A stretch of 64,000 nucleotides of DNA from Squalus acanthias (GCA_030390025.1 CM059432.1:42038001-42102000), one strand, 5' to 3'; shown: positions 49,661 through 63,055, counted from the first letter of the stretch. Made by a program: numbers and translations. Notes: generated from the letters alone by a model not told the origin.

Positions 49661-52232
49661 GGCCTAGAAATTCAATAACGCAAAAAAACTTTGTGCTGCC
49701 TGCTAATTCTCATGATTGCAGCGCACAGTCTCGCGCAGAAAGGGCTGTTGACAGGCTGTGCACTCAGCAGGGGGTTGAAGTTCGCATTGCTCAAGTGAGG
49801 CTAGCATTACTTAAAGTTAGCCTGCTCCTCTTCAAGGCAGTCTGCACCTCTTAAAGATGAGCTGCCTTCTGCTGATCAGAAATGGTAAAAGTGCTTCAGC
49901 ACTAACCTAAATGGCTCAACAGGCCAGGAAAGGAGCACCCAGGTTCTCGGATGCAGCACTCGAGCTTTTTACAGGGGGTGAACACTCGAAGAGAGGTCCT
50001 CTACCCACAGGGGGCCATCAGGTTCTCCAGAAAGAAAGATGTGGGACCAGATCACTGCCAGCAGTGTCACCCCTAGGACATGGCTCCAGTGTCTAAAGAA
50101 GTTTCATGACCTCAGACGAGTGGTCAAAGTCAGTGAATGCAGCTTCAAAAGCCACCTCCTACCAACTGCACCACTAGCCTCACACACTGCTCAATGCACG
50201 AATCCCGCATCACCCCCCAACACGCCAAACACGAGGCACACCTCACATTCCTAGCTTCGCCTCACCCCCTTGGAGGAGATGGTCCTTGCCATTCTTGGCA
50301 GGGGCATGACTGAGCCCTTGACCAGCATCAGGGCTGAAAGAATAAAAGATGCTGGTATCCTCATACATTAGCCTCCTTCTCACATCCTACTTCACCCTCA
50401 TCCCACAACCTCCTCTGATTTAAAAGCTGCACATGGTGCAAGCATGCACCTCTTGCTTTACCCTCCTCCCCTCCACACAGCACTATCCTTGTGCCTTCCT
50501 CATTTCAGACACCCAAGAAATCCAGCATGCCCAGCCAGTGGTAGACCAAGAAGAGGGAGAGGAGAGTGAAGAAGAAGAAGACGAAGAAGAAACACTGTCA
50601 CACGCCCAGCCACCAGCTCCTTGAGGTCATCTTGTAAGGCTATCTACAGTCTCTCCCACTGAAAGTTAGCAGCCTTCCACCAGCCATGCTGCAGCCACTG
50701 GGGTAGCACTGCATATGTAAGAGCACTAGGATAAGCAAAGGCACATGCAAGACACTCACTAAGGGAATGCACAAGTTGATTTTTTGATGTAATGGCCCAG
50801 AAATTCGCCTCTCCGGCTTGCCGCGGGGGTAAGGATCGTGCGCGCACTTACCCAGCGCGCCTGCCGTTGTGTTTTGGGCCCACGGGAACTTCAGCTCCTG
50901 GGCCTGCTCCAAGTGCCGGCGCGCAGTGCTTGCGTGTCCCAGGGGCGTAGTTAGTGCGATGCGTCCCCTGGGATCACATGGGCCATGGCGAGCCAATGGC
51001 AGCAGACTATCTTTCAATCATAGATTTGACAGGAGACCTGTCAAATCTGTGAATTGAAATCGGCCCCAAAAGAACAGCTGAACTTAAAATAATTTTTAAA
51101 AAAACCATCACATTTATAAAATAACTATAGTTAAATAAATTAACCACTTTAAACAAAAATTTAAATTTTTGAAAAAATTAAAATACTTTTTAAAAGTGAT
51201 AAAAATAAACTTACCTTTCTTTAAAGTATCTAAAAAAGATAAACCTGTTCACCATACCAGAAGTTCCGGTTTCCCGCACATGCGCAGTGCATGCAGGAAA
51301 CTGGCACTTCGGGACGCATTATGGGTGAGTACGGACTGTGTACTCACCCGGGAAGGGCCGAATTTTTGGCCCAATAGTGGAAGCATATATGGATAAAGTT
51401 GAATTGGAAAGTTTGCTTTGTGGTGGTTTTTATTTCAGCATTGTGGCCAAGAGGACGCTGTGATGGTCAGTAACAGAGGGAAGGTAAGGTGTGGGACAAA
51501 TGTTGAAAGGGGAATTGGGGTTGCGATCACTGGTACCGCAGGCAGATGATTCGATCCCAGATAGCCCAGCAAGAAAGGTGCTGTTTGGGTTGCCTCCTTC
51601 CTTCTGCTTCTTCCTCTCTGCTTCCTCCTCTTTTACTTCTTCCTCCTCCTCCTCCCTCTGCAAGCAGCTTGAACCCTTTGCTGCCTCTGCTCCATCTCCA
51701 TGTCATGCTGCAGCCCAAGGGGGACTGCAACTAGAGCCCCCAGGACTGGGAGCAAATGGTGTTCTCAGAGGTTTTCCTTTAAGAGCCAAAGCCTAGCAAA
51801 CATCCAGCACTCCCTTCACACTTTAAAAACTTTTTAAATTTATTGCACTAAGCCACTACTCCAATAAAATGTAAAGAAACCAGTACAAAAGCAAAAATAT
51901 GAACTTACCTGAAAGTTGCGTGTGTCCCTTTAAGAAGCACTGGTGGGGGTTCCGTCATATTGCTGCACACACGTACTTTGGGGAGGGCGTTGACAAGAAC
52001 GGCGACATCCAGAATACCAGATCGTGCGTCAATTCAGTGTTGCACACCGATTGACGTCATAATCTAGCTCATCTAAATATCTGAAGTGAACGCAGGCAAC
52101 AGCAGTGCTGCCGACCTGCCCAAAATGTCAGCCGTTGCGTTCTGCAACGGAAGCGGATGGAAGCGAGGTGGCTGCTATTTTTTCTTCCAAACTGGCCTTA
52201 ACGGCCGACGCAACGGCTCCGATTTCTTGGCC
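49661..52232 (+). mobile_element. Family Z non-autonomous Harbinger
   Basis: GGCCTAGAAAT...ATTTCTTGGCC with AGT TSD; Myb remnant RTWLQCLKKFHDLRRVVK. Confidence 0.88.
50794..51372 (+). mobile_element. Family V MITE nested in family Z copy
   Basis: GGCCCAGAAATTC...GAATTTTTGGCCC with AAT TSD. Confidence 0.88.
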
Positions 52233-53609
52233 AGTGACTTAGTTTCACAGTTGCCGGTTGGCTTCCAGTATGTTGCCTAAGTGGCCATTCTTCTTGTGCG
52301 GATCTAGGCAATAAGTGCAGGAAGGCTACTCCATCATGCGGGGCATCATAATCAAACCCATTCCTATTCTTATTAGACACTCATAGATCAGAAGTAGAAA
52401 CCGTTTCTGGTGTTCCCTTTCCTAGCACTGGTGACTAGGAGTAATTGTAACACCCCTACTCCTGCCCTGGCTGAGATCAGTGACCTCAGTAATGAAATCT
52501 AGGGTATTCCTAGTCTCTGTGCCTGAGTACCATGCCATGTTGACCAACTACCTACTGAGCCATCAGAGAATCCTTATAAATATAATTCTCAATGAGTTGT
52601 TTGACATGTGAATAACAAATATCACATGTTTTTATTTGCATTATAGCCAAGTTCATTCCCCTCCCCTATGTTTTATAGATATTTATTTCTATATGTGCAA
52701 TTTTAAACTGGACAAACTCAATTATTTAGTTACACTTAGTTAACAAATCTGTGCTATTTCTGCCCCATTATGCACACTGCATCATTAACTGTTTCTACTA
52801 TATCTCCAGGGGAAAGGCCATCTTTACTTCCATGAAGATGAGTTAGGCTACTGAACTCAAAGAAAGATGATGTTTCTGAGCAGAACCAAGAAGGACTCAT
52901 AATTGGTACACTGTTCATACCTGTCTATGTCGCCATCAGTGTGTTTGCAATAGTGTCAAGCAAGTTGTATACCAAAGAAATGGACTGGTAGAATTACTGT
53001 AGGTAATGTGAATTAAAAACCTGCTCATCTATTTTGCTGTCTCAGATGTTTCCATGTCAATTAGAACAAAAAGTAAAGTTTTCCTTGTGTGCAAAAACAC
53101 ATTGACATTGCAACAGCTATTGCTGAGCAAGGGTTCTACTTCTCTGCTCCAATTGCTATTGGTGTTAAATCTGGTGGAGAACAGTGAAATTTGACTTAGC
53201 AGCAGCAAATGTAACTACGCACAGGAATTACTAGCTCCAAATTAAAGCACAAATTTTAGCAGGTTTTTTTTGCTGCAGCAGACTTGTTAAGCCCAATTAA
53301 GTTCTATTTGTTGAAGAATCACTTCACGAACACTGCCCTCTGCTTCTCTATACTAAAACGTTCCAGTTGTTCCCAGCCCTTGGTTTCAACTACATAGAAT
53401 TTACAGCACAGAAACAGGCCATTCGGCCAACTGGTCTGCGCCGGTGTTTATGCTTCACATGAGCCTCCTCCCACCCTTCTTCATCGAACCCTATCAGCAA
53501 ATCATTCTATTCCTTTCTCCCTCATGTACTTATCTAATGCACCTATGCTATTTGCCTCAACTACTCCATGTGGTTAAGAATCTCGCAGTTCCTTGCGCTG
53601 CTCACAGAC

Positions 53610-54916
53610 GCCACAGATGTAGAGGGTGCCACACTGAAACAGACGCCAGATTAGAGCAAGCCTGCATTCTAAAGTCTCCTGAGGTCCCCACCATCACAGA
53701 AGCCAGTCTTCAGCCAATTTGATTCACTCCACGTGATATCAAGAAACAGCTGAGCGCACTGGATACAGCAAAGGCTATGGGCCTCAACAACATCCCAGCT
53801 GTAGTGCTGAAGACTTGTGCTCCAGAAGTAGCCACGCCTGTAGCCAAGCTGTTCCAGTATAGCTACAACACTGGCATCTACCTGACAAAGTGGAAAATTG
53901 CCCAGGTATGTCCTGTCCACAAAAAGCAGGACAAATCCTAGTTGGCCAATTACGGCCCCATCAGTCTACTCTCAAGCATCAGTGAAGTGATGGAAGATGT
54001 CGTCGACAGTGCTATCAAGCATCGCTGCAGGAGTTCCTCAGGGCAGTGTCCTAGGCCCAACCATCTGCAGCTGCTTCATCAGTGACCTTCCCTCCAACAT
54101 AAGGTCAGAAGTGGGGATGTTCCCTGATGATTGCAGCATTCGCAACTCCTCAGAAAATGAAGCACTCCGTGCCAACATGCAGCAAGACCTGGACATCATT
54201 TAGGTTTGGGCTGATAAGTGGGAGGTAACATTTGCTCCACACAAGTACCAGATCACCATTGACCAGAAACTTAACTGGACCAGCCACATAAATACTGTGG
54301 CTACTAGAGCAGGCCAGAGGCTGGGTATTCTGTGGCAAGTGACTCACCTCCTGATTCCCCAAAGCCTTTCCACCATCTTCAAGGCACAAGTCAGGAGTGT
54401 GATGGAATACTCTCAACTTGCCTGGATGAGTGCAGCTCCAACAACACTCAAGAAGCTTGACACCATCCAGGACAAAGCAGCCCGCTTGATTGTTACCCCA
54501 CTCATCACCTTAAACATTCACTCCCTCCACCACTGGTGCACCTTGGCTGCAGTGTGTACCATCTACAAGATGCACTGCAGCAACTCGCCAAAGTTTCTTC
54601 AACAGCACCTCCCAAACCCGCGACCTCTACCACCTAGAAGGTCAAGGGCAGCAGGCGCATGGGAACACCACCACCTCCAAGTTCCCTTCCAAGTCACACA
54701 CCAGCCTGACTTGGAAATATATCGTTGTTCCTTCATTGTCGCTGGGTCAAAATCCTGGAAATCTCTACCTAACAGCAATGTGGGAGTACCTTCACCAAAC
54801 CTTCTGCAGCGGTTCAAGAAGGTGACTCACCACCACATACTCAAGGGCAATTAGGGATGGGCAATAAATGCTGGCATTGCCAGCGACACCCACTTCCCGT
54901 GAATGAATAGAAAAAG
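53610..54916 (+). mobile_element. Second non-LTR family, internally deleted; a CR1-type tail remnant lies just upstream at ~53392-53575 (minus strand)
   Basis: [30 protein letters not shown] and A-rich tail. Confidence 0.88.
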
Positions 54917-55009
54917 AAGCCCGCTAAAACTTTGTGGGCAGCTGTCAGTGAGGTGAATGGCAAGCGCCGTTCCTTCGCCACTGACTGCAAAATCTAGACT
55001 GAAATAAAT

Positions 55010-55271
55010 GACCAATTAAGTGGTTTTGTGATGTTGGTTAAGTGATAAATGTTGGGAGAAATCCCCTGCTCTTCTTTGAAAAGTGCCAAGGGATCTTTTA
55101 CGTCCACCTGAGAAGGCAAATGAGTCTTCAGTATCATCCGAAAGACGGGAGCTCCAACAATACAGCGGTCCCTAAGTATTGCACTGGCGTATCAAGTCCT
55201 GGAGTGGGGCTTGAACCCTTGCCCTTCTGATTCTGAGGCAATAGTGCTATCACTAAGCCAAGGCTGACACT
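55010..55271 (-). mobile_element. DeuSINE 5' part
   Basis: Colinear with 46840-47117. Confidence 0.7.
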
Positions 55272-55364
55272 TGATAAACATTTGAGAAATAGCACAGGCT
55301 CCATAGGCTGAATGGGCTCTTTCTGTGCTAAAATCATATAATTCTGTGACCTGTTCTACAGAAC

Positions 55365-55605
55365 GTTCAAGCTGGATGGATGGGTATTGGAGAATTCTGG
55401 CTATCCCCTTTGAGCTTATCTCATGACATCAGTCACCATTACAACCAACAGGGCAGAGGGGAACTACAATGGAGCTCATGCCAAACCCAGCATGCTTGTT
55501 GAGCACTGTTTTGGAATCTTAAACAATTCTGCTGCCTTGATCACTTGGATTATGCTTCATAGAAGGGGTGCTAGATGGCCGTGGTGATTGTATACTCTAC
55601 ATAAC
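55365..55605 (+). pseudogene. Very old Harbinger transposase C-terminal relic
   Basis: Manual translation LDGWVLENSGYPL*AYLMTS...AEGNYNGAHAKPSMLVEHCFGIL matches the W.LGD.GYP...E..YN..H...R..IE..FG.LK pattern. Confidence 0.65.
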
Positions 55606-57894
55606 TGGAGAGTGCCTGCTGCCAATCTAACACAATGCCACATGCTCTAACATAACACAATCTTGTTACTTGTGATTGTTAAGGCACTCAAGCTGTTTGA
55701 TGCTTGGTTGATTTGCTGTTATCAGTGGCTGCAAGGGGAAGACATTCAGTGTTGGTAGCAGGGATGCATCACAACAGAGTCTTGGTGACCGCTGATAATT
55801 TTTACAGAGCTCTGGATGGTCTAAAGATGTGAACTAGGATCATGATGTCACAACAACAACATATACGCGCCAGTGCCGATGGTGTGATTATATGTAAGAG
55901 AGATGGTTACTTTTTGTTAAGATAATGATGATGGGATCTTACTGAAATCTTGCAGCATGTGGAAGGAGCTGGAAGTTGCATGGAATTACAGGAGACAGAC
56001 AGATACACAACCAGTCATCCTTCTCCATGTAGCTTCTTGATATCACCAGTCAGAGGTTCTTGAAGCCTGGTTGGGGCAACATGGAACAGCACTGTGACTA
56101 TTATATGTCACTCTACTTGTGGGTTGACATCTGTGAAGGATGTTTCCAGTGAAACATGTTCACAGACTTGTATCCCAAGCGGTTGTTAAAGTATTCTCTC
56201 AATCTGAATTAGCGGTGAAGTTAAATCTTTAATTATTAATCCTTATTTTCTTTTCCAATTTCCTCCCTCCACACCTGAAGGGACCTACTCTTGCATGGGT
56301 GCCGGCAGCCCTCCGGCCCATCTCCTAAACAGGCCCTTCTGTGAGCCTAAACAGGCCAGTCTGTGAGCCTAGGTAGTGAGTGTCAGCAGGTTATTTCACT
56401 ATGCAGTGCATCATAACTGATATCAATCCTGTTCCCAAACAAAGTCTACATGCACATACTTTTACTGGATAGTAAGAAGTGGGGGTCCTGGTTGATTTTT
56501 CTACTCCCTATCTTCAGGGTGTTGAGGCCAACTGTAACTTGGCACAGATTTGAAATCAAACCTGGGACCTTCTGGTCTGGATGACCCAGCACCGCATCTG
56601 GCATTGCAATTATCTATTATGCCACTGAGGGAGCTCGATGCTAAATAAAATACTGATTTTCATTCCTTCTGCCCCGATCTCCTTTTTTCTGTACTGGTAG
56701 ATAGTTACTGTTTTAGAATGTTAAAAAAATAATAGTAGTGGAAAATCAAGTACTGCAAGTTGGTTTACCCTGCTGCTGAAGTGCTTTGGTATATGTGACT
56801 CTTTTATCCAGTGAATCCTTTAATACAGTACTTACATTATTTAAAAAAAACTGTTATTAAATTTGTAAGCATTTTTTTCAATCAACTGTAATTTAAAGAA
56901 ATCATATGGTTAGGTTTAAATTATCACACATTTCTTTGACTGCCTAAAATGCATTATGAATTGTATCACAGTTAAAGTAATCGTGCACGGACAGGTGCAA
57001 ACATTCTCTTTGCGAATCAGGTGGATATCTAGTAATTTATAAGATCAAAAACTGCATTCAAACTTGCCTTTTATAACTTATTTTAATTTTTAATCTTAAA
57101 ATGCTCTTCCTGCATATTAGAATGATTTCAGTCATCAGACACATCTGCCGTTCTCATTTAAAGATTCTTACATCACTCGAAAACTATGTGGGAGTCCTGG
57201 ATGCATCTTCTGCTTTTCCTGGCTTCAGCATTCAGCTGAGTATACTGTCCTCCCAGCAAGCAGTTCTTTTAGACTTTCCATAGGTTAGAAATCTTTTTTG
57301 TCAATAGGGAGGTCTGCAAAGTGTCTCTTTGAACTCACGTAGAGTATGGACAATAACACAAAATATTCTGAAAAAAATTGGATTTGGTTTGATACTGTTC
57401 AATATTATTGAAAACCATCAGTTAAGGCTGGTGGAGTGAGTTGGGAATTAGAGTGCTGTTAAATATAAAACAAAAATGTACATTTATTCTGTTCTCTGCA
57501 ACAAAACATCTGAAGTGGCAAAGCCAAATAATCCAAACAGTCTACAAAATGTATTATTACTGTATCTCGGTTGCCCCACTCCCCCACTCTCCTTGCTTTA
57601 CATGCATATTTATTTACTCAAATACTGTCCAAATTCTTATGAAAAAAAATAAAATTGTAGCAAGAAGTTGCCGTACTTATGAGAAACAATCTGTTCACCC
57701 TGTTAGAAATTTGGCTGCATTAATAATGTAACAAATATGCAGGCACACAGGTCGTCACACTCTCCTGGCTCCCAAAGGAACTTGTATATAAATCAAAAGG
57801 AGTTATTCCCATTGAAAAGTCTAATCACATACCACTGTAGGACCTCAGTTGGACTAGCTGGTTCTTTATGACCTCTCTGCCCCATTAAAACAAT

Positions 57895-58015
57895 CAGTCA
57901 CACAGAGCCCTGGGGAAACTGTAAGGGTCAGTCACACAAAGCCCTGGGGAAACTGTAAGGGTCCGTCACACAGAGCCCTGGGGATATTGTAAGGGTCAGT
58001 CATGCAGAACCCCAG
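57895..58015. repeat. 34-bp tandem repeat, ~3.5 copies
   Basis: Unit cagtcacacagagccctggggaaactgtaagggt at 57895, 57929, 57963 and 57997 (partial). Confidence 0.9.
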
Positions 58016-58422
58016 GCAAACCCGAAAGATGAAGAATTGTTAAAACTGCGAAATTCATTTATTAAGTGCAATTCAAAATTCTTCAAATATCATATAAAAT
58101 TTGGAAAACTATGATAGCCTAATGTGAAATTTTAATCAGTTAAATAAAAAAGAAAGCTATGGTGTAGATTATAGATGGTTAAGGATGGTTAAGGGCAACT
58201 TCTAGTGCTAACCAGCAGGAAGGACCCCTTGCCAGCGCTATTTAAAGAGATTATGCAGTACTGGCAGGTTGGTTGCTGGTTTGTCATTTCAGGCTGCTGG
58301 TTAACTTCTGGGCATTTTTTAGTGCATTTTATGACTCTGGAAACTTCAGTTTGTCTGCTAAGAAGAAAATTTGGCTGGTGTTGCACTGTGGTTGGCTGCC
58401 TTATAAATAGTTCATCTGCAAT

Positions 58423-59533
58423 CATCGGTGATCACATAGGGCTGCCTTCAGAGCTGGAGGATGAGGGGCGAGTCAAAGAAGACAGCAGAGAGCAGGAGCA
58501 GCTGCCATAAGAGGGAGAAGGAGGAGGGCACTGCGCAGGAAGTTATACCGACAGCGAGTGTACAGGGAGCACTTCTCCTGCCTCAACTTCACTGAGGAGC
58601 AATGTCTGAGGCGCCCTTGCTTCACAAAAGACATTGTCACCAAGCTATGTCACCTGCTGCAGCCAAAACTCGAGCCTCGCCCCAGGGCATGGACAGCACG
58701 GCCTGTGGCTGTCAAGGTCACCGCAGCCCTTAACTTTTAGGCCACCAGCTCCTTTCAGACATAAGCGACATATCCCAGTTTGTAGTTCACTACTGTATCA
58801 GGGAGGTCACTGAGGCTCTCTACACCAGGAGGAACATCTGCATTTTCTTCCCAATGGACAGAGCGAAGCAAAGCAAGAGGACACTAAGCGTCACCTGCAT
58901 GGCAGGCTTCCCCAGAGTACAAGGTGCCATAGACTGGACCCACTTTATCGTGCGTGCTCCCAGCCTGGCATCTTTATCCATCATAAGGGATTTCCATTCC
59001 CTCAATGTGAAGCTGGTTTGCGACCACAGGCAGCACATCATGCAGGTCTGGTCCCGGTTTCCTGGCAGCAGTCATGACTGTTTCATCCTCTGTTCTGCCT
59101 TTATTCCAACCAAGCCATCAAGTTACAGGCTGGCTACTGGGCGACAAAGGATATCCCCTTGGACATGGCTTATGACCCTTGGCAGGAACCTGAGCACAGC
59201 TGCAGTGGTGGCCTACAATGTGAGCCATGCTGCCACGAGGAGCATGACCAAGCAAACAATTGGTATACTCAAGCAACGCTTCCACTGCCTGTACCGTTCT
59301 GGAGGAGCTTTTGCAGTATACGCCTGAGTGTGTATCCAGACTGCTGCATGCTCCATAACTTTGCCATCATGAGGGACCAGCCCTTACCACCACCTGGGCA
59401 ACAAGACGTGCAGCAGGAACAGGAGGGGGAGGAGGAGCATGAAGAGGCACAAGAGTGGGAGAGGCACCGCCCACCAATGCCCCAAGCTACCAGAGCTCTC
59501 AGAGAGCAGCGCATCGCAGAGCTCTTTACTTAA
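58423..59533 (+). pseudogene. Decayed Harbinger transposase (element H3)
   Basis: YREHFSCLNFTEEQCLRR, VAVKVTAALNF, GAIDWTH, FPGSSHD, CCMLHN. Confidence 0.9.
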
Positions 59534-59768
59534 ACCATCCCTCACCTCCCCAATATATCAACAATCACACAATTCATACCACCGTCCTTACTACCACCAT
59601 CCAATTGCTTCCTTCTGTCCAGCCTTATGGGTCTTGCCCTCACTTCACTACAAATATAAACACCAACACCAAATCTAGAGCAAAAAACAAATTTATGAAA
59701 TAACTCAGTTCCATCGCTATCTAACAGTGAACAGAAATAATTATAATTCACCCTTGTGCAAACTGTTA

Positions 59769-60148
59769 GGCCTGGATAGGGGCAGGTTACACAGGCGGGG
59801 GAGGGGGGGGGGCGGTGGTGGGTGGGGTGAAATTTCTGTGAAGGCACTTACCTTCTCCTCGAAGCAGTCCTCACTTCACTTCAGCTGCTGGGTTACCCCA
59901 GCCCTGAGAAACCCAGCTGCCAACTGTTAAACCTGCAAAGCAGGTTAAATCAGAGGCTGCCAGCCTCATTAAAATATTTACATTGCCAACCTGCCTCCTG
60001 GTAGAGGGTTGGCTGCCCACCCATTGTCCTGGCTCCATAAAACCCGGAAGTAGGCGCGTTGGAGACAGGTTGGGGTCAGGTTTCAGATTTTTTTAAATTT
60101 TAACATGTGACCCGAACTCAACCCACCCGTTGTGCTAAAATTAAGCCC
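59769..60148 (+). mobile_element. Family X MITE nested between the H3 genes
   Basis: TTA TSD; the 3' part matches 4080-4386. Confidence 0.8.
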
Positions 60149-60149
60149 T

Positions 60150-61776
60150 TAGTGCCTGTCTTTTGTTCTTGTTTAACCATCCTAATACTCGTACAAAGTA
60201 TTTCCCCAGTGGTTACTGCTTGGAAAGTGAAGGCTGCTGAATCTCCATTGAGGACACTTCAGATGGCCATGGTGGCCCAGATGCAGACTGCAGCAGCTTG
60301 GCGTGGGCTGGAGCAGACTGGCATTAACTGGTGGAGTGGGTAGTGGGGGAGCAGGCATGTTGTCATCCTGAGAGATGATAGCAGGTGCCTCTCGCATGGA
60401 GTCAAGGCCACTCTCCTGGGACTGCGCCTCAGCACTCTTGAGGCTCTGTGTGAGAATAGAGTGCTTGAATGATGTGACGTCCTCGAAGCCCCTTTCAACA
60501 GTGGCCCTCAAAGCCAAAGTGGCAGTCGATTGAGCTTCCATGGCAGCTGTGAGAGCTGTAAAAAGAGGCTCCATGATGGGTGGCGGGGGGCGGGGTGGGT
60601 TAACATGGTTTTAGTGGAGCTGAACGCTCGATCCATGTTGGACGGAATTGTGTCCATGCTCCGCAGGAAGCCTTGACATAAGTTGGAGCTGGACTCCTTG
60701 CTCTGCGATATTGTGCGCAGCTTGCTGGCAGGCTGCCCAGTGCACCTAGCATTTCCTGATATATGCCCACCAGCCTTCTTCAATGTCAGCATCTGAGTCC
60801 TCTACAGCAGAACTAGTATGTGATCTCACCCTCTGGTGAGATGGCACCTGGGGTGTCCTATCCTCCTGCTCCAGTTCCTGCGCATTTATGCCTGATGATT
60901 CACCACTTGAAGGCACCTCCTCTAACCTAGCTCTGAACTGCGCATGGTGCCAGTATTTGAGATTGAGTGACAGTGAGTCTTCTTGAAGGCTGGCCTCCTC
61001 TTCCTACATTGGCACAGGAGCTTCGACATTTTCAGCACCTGAAATGAAAGAGAGGGACAATGGTTAGCTTGTGGTGTGAAAGGAGAGCCGAGAAAGAGAA
61101 GAGGGTGGTGAAAGCATCTACAACTTGACATGCAGAGTATGCGGGGTGAGATAGAAGTCAGCAGGGAAAAAGAGGATAAAATATGAAGAAAGCCCGCATG
61201 ACGTCTCCTCCAGCATTACTACCACTTACCACGGCCATGAATCTTCCCGTACCATGATGGCCAGCACGTTTTCTTTGAGAGGGGAGAGGCTGTGCAGGCA
61301 GGCTCGGCCTCCTTCGCTGGCAGCTACCAGTCTGGAGTCGTGCGCGACCTTCTCCTGCAAGAAAGAAACGAGTGTGTTAGTGACAATCTTATCAGGTGTT
61401 TAGAGAATGTGCCTATCATAGTTGAATAGCTGATATAAAGCGTGTCAGATGTGAGTTGTAGCTAAATTAGGGTTCAACAGTTGTGAGTGTGTCAGTCTGA
61501 GGAGAAGGAAGTGTTGTGAAGTGTGATGCAGCGAGTGTAGTAGTGTGAAGGAAATCAGGGGGAGTATTGTGAGTAGTGAGGCTGGAGGTGGTGGAGGTGT
61601 GAGCAGAGAGTAAGAGGGCAATATTCTTGCCTTGACAACTCTGGTGAGGTCATTGAACTTTTCCGAGCACAGCAACCCTTTCCTTGGAGCTAAGTTCCTG
61701 GCATTAACCTCCTCTGCAATGTCTTTCCATTTGCAGAGGAGCTGTTGTCTGGAGGGCTTTCTGCCCCCTGCGGGTA
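60150..61776 (-). pseudogene. Decayed Harbinger Myb gene of H3, exon 1 truncated
   Basis: KFNDLTRVVK remnant; ttgcag|GAGAAG exon 2; exon 3 homologous to 32158-32628. Confidence 0.75.
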
Positions 61777-62125
61777 AGAGTGAAGGGATAATTACTAGTC
61801 CTAGCCCCTTTAGGGCTACCCCGGATCAGGCGTATTCCCCAGACGTTCACTTTCATCTAAAGTTTGAGGTAGCCGAATCCTAAAGACACTTAATTGGGTC
61901 TAAAGGTCCAGACTATCTCTCCCTAAAGGAAAGGAACAACCTGAAGATGTTACCGTCCTCCAGATAGCACTTTTAATAAGTTTAGCTAGACTGTAACGTT
62001 CCGGATATTATGAGGGTTCGGATAATTTCCCTAGAATTCTGCAACTCCTCACCAAAGAGCGTACAGAGATTGAGTTCGCGAGTTTGATACAGAAGTATTA
62101 TGTGAGATAATTCTAAAAATATATA

Positions 62126-62868
62126 GGGCCGAAAATTGATCCCGGGACGCGAGAGTACGCACTGCGTACTCTCGCGTATTCCCACTCCAATTGCCGGTTT
62201 TCTGCATGCCCTGCGCATGCGCTGAAAACCGGCAATTGCTCTTCTGAAAAGGGGGCGGGTCCTGGGTGCATCGCATGCGCGCTACAGGCTGCGCGCACGC
62301 TGTGCACTTCATGCTTTGGACGCGCAGGTAAGTACGGAAGATTTTGGAAATGTAAAAAGGAGGAGTAAGACCCGCTTTTAAGAAGGTAAGTAGTGAATTA
62401 AGTATTTTTTTGAATTTTTTTTTACAGGTATATCTTTTTTAGAGACTTTAAAGACAGGTAAGTTTATTTTTATAACTTTTTAAAAGATTTTAAATTTTTT
62501 CAAAAATTTTATTTTTTATTTAAAATGGTTAATTTAATTAACTATACTTATTTTATTAATGTGATGGTTTTTTTTTAAATTTAATTGAGGTTTAGCTGTT
62601 ATTTTGGGGGGGTGTAAGATTCATAGATTTCACAGCCGTGCTGTGAAACTTATGAATGGAAGATGGTGTGCTGCCATTGGCTCTAACTGAGTCACGTGAT
62701 CCCACAGCTCGCACAAATTCACTACGCCGCTGGGATACGCAAGCACTGCCCAGCTGATCTCTAGAACATGAAGTTCGTGCGAGCTGGATCTGAAAAAGCA
62801 CAAGCGAGGTGAGAGATCGCGGGAAAGCCTTACCCCCGCGGGAACAGAGCGAGATCAATTTCTGGGCC
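62126..62868 (-). mobile_element. Family V MITE, young
   Basis: GGGCCGAAAATTGATC / GATCAATTTCTGGGCC with ATA TSD. Confidence 0.9.
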
Positions 62869-63055
62869 ATAGATTTATTAAAGAACCGACATGTAATTAC
62901 AGTAGGTGTTTCAATCGCAACATTAACAGTTCCAAAAGAGAAAGCTTACAATTCTTATTATCAGATCTTAACTTCGCTACATTTTTACAGTTTTTAGTCT
63001 TATTCAGAATATCCACCAAAATCAAATACAGTACCATTGATCCCCGAGACACAAA

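Noticed and set aside
57895..58015. 34-bp repeats as a CRISPR array
   Set aside because: Head-to-tail minisatellite with no unique spacers, no cas genes, and a vertebrate context.
61860..63055. Alternative-genetic-code ORF (TAA/TAG read as Gln) in the unassigned segment
   Set aside because: Five stops in ~150 codons is not clearly different from chance, and no protein motif was recognised.
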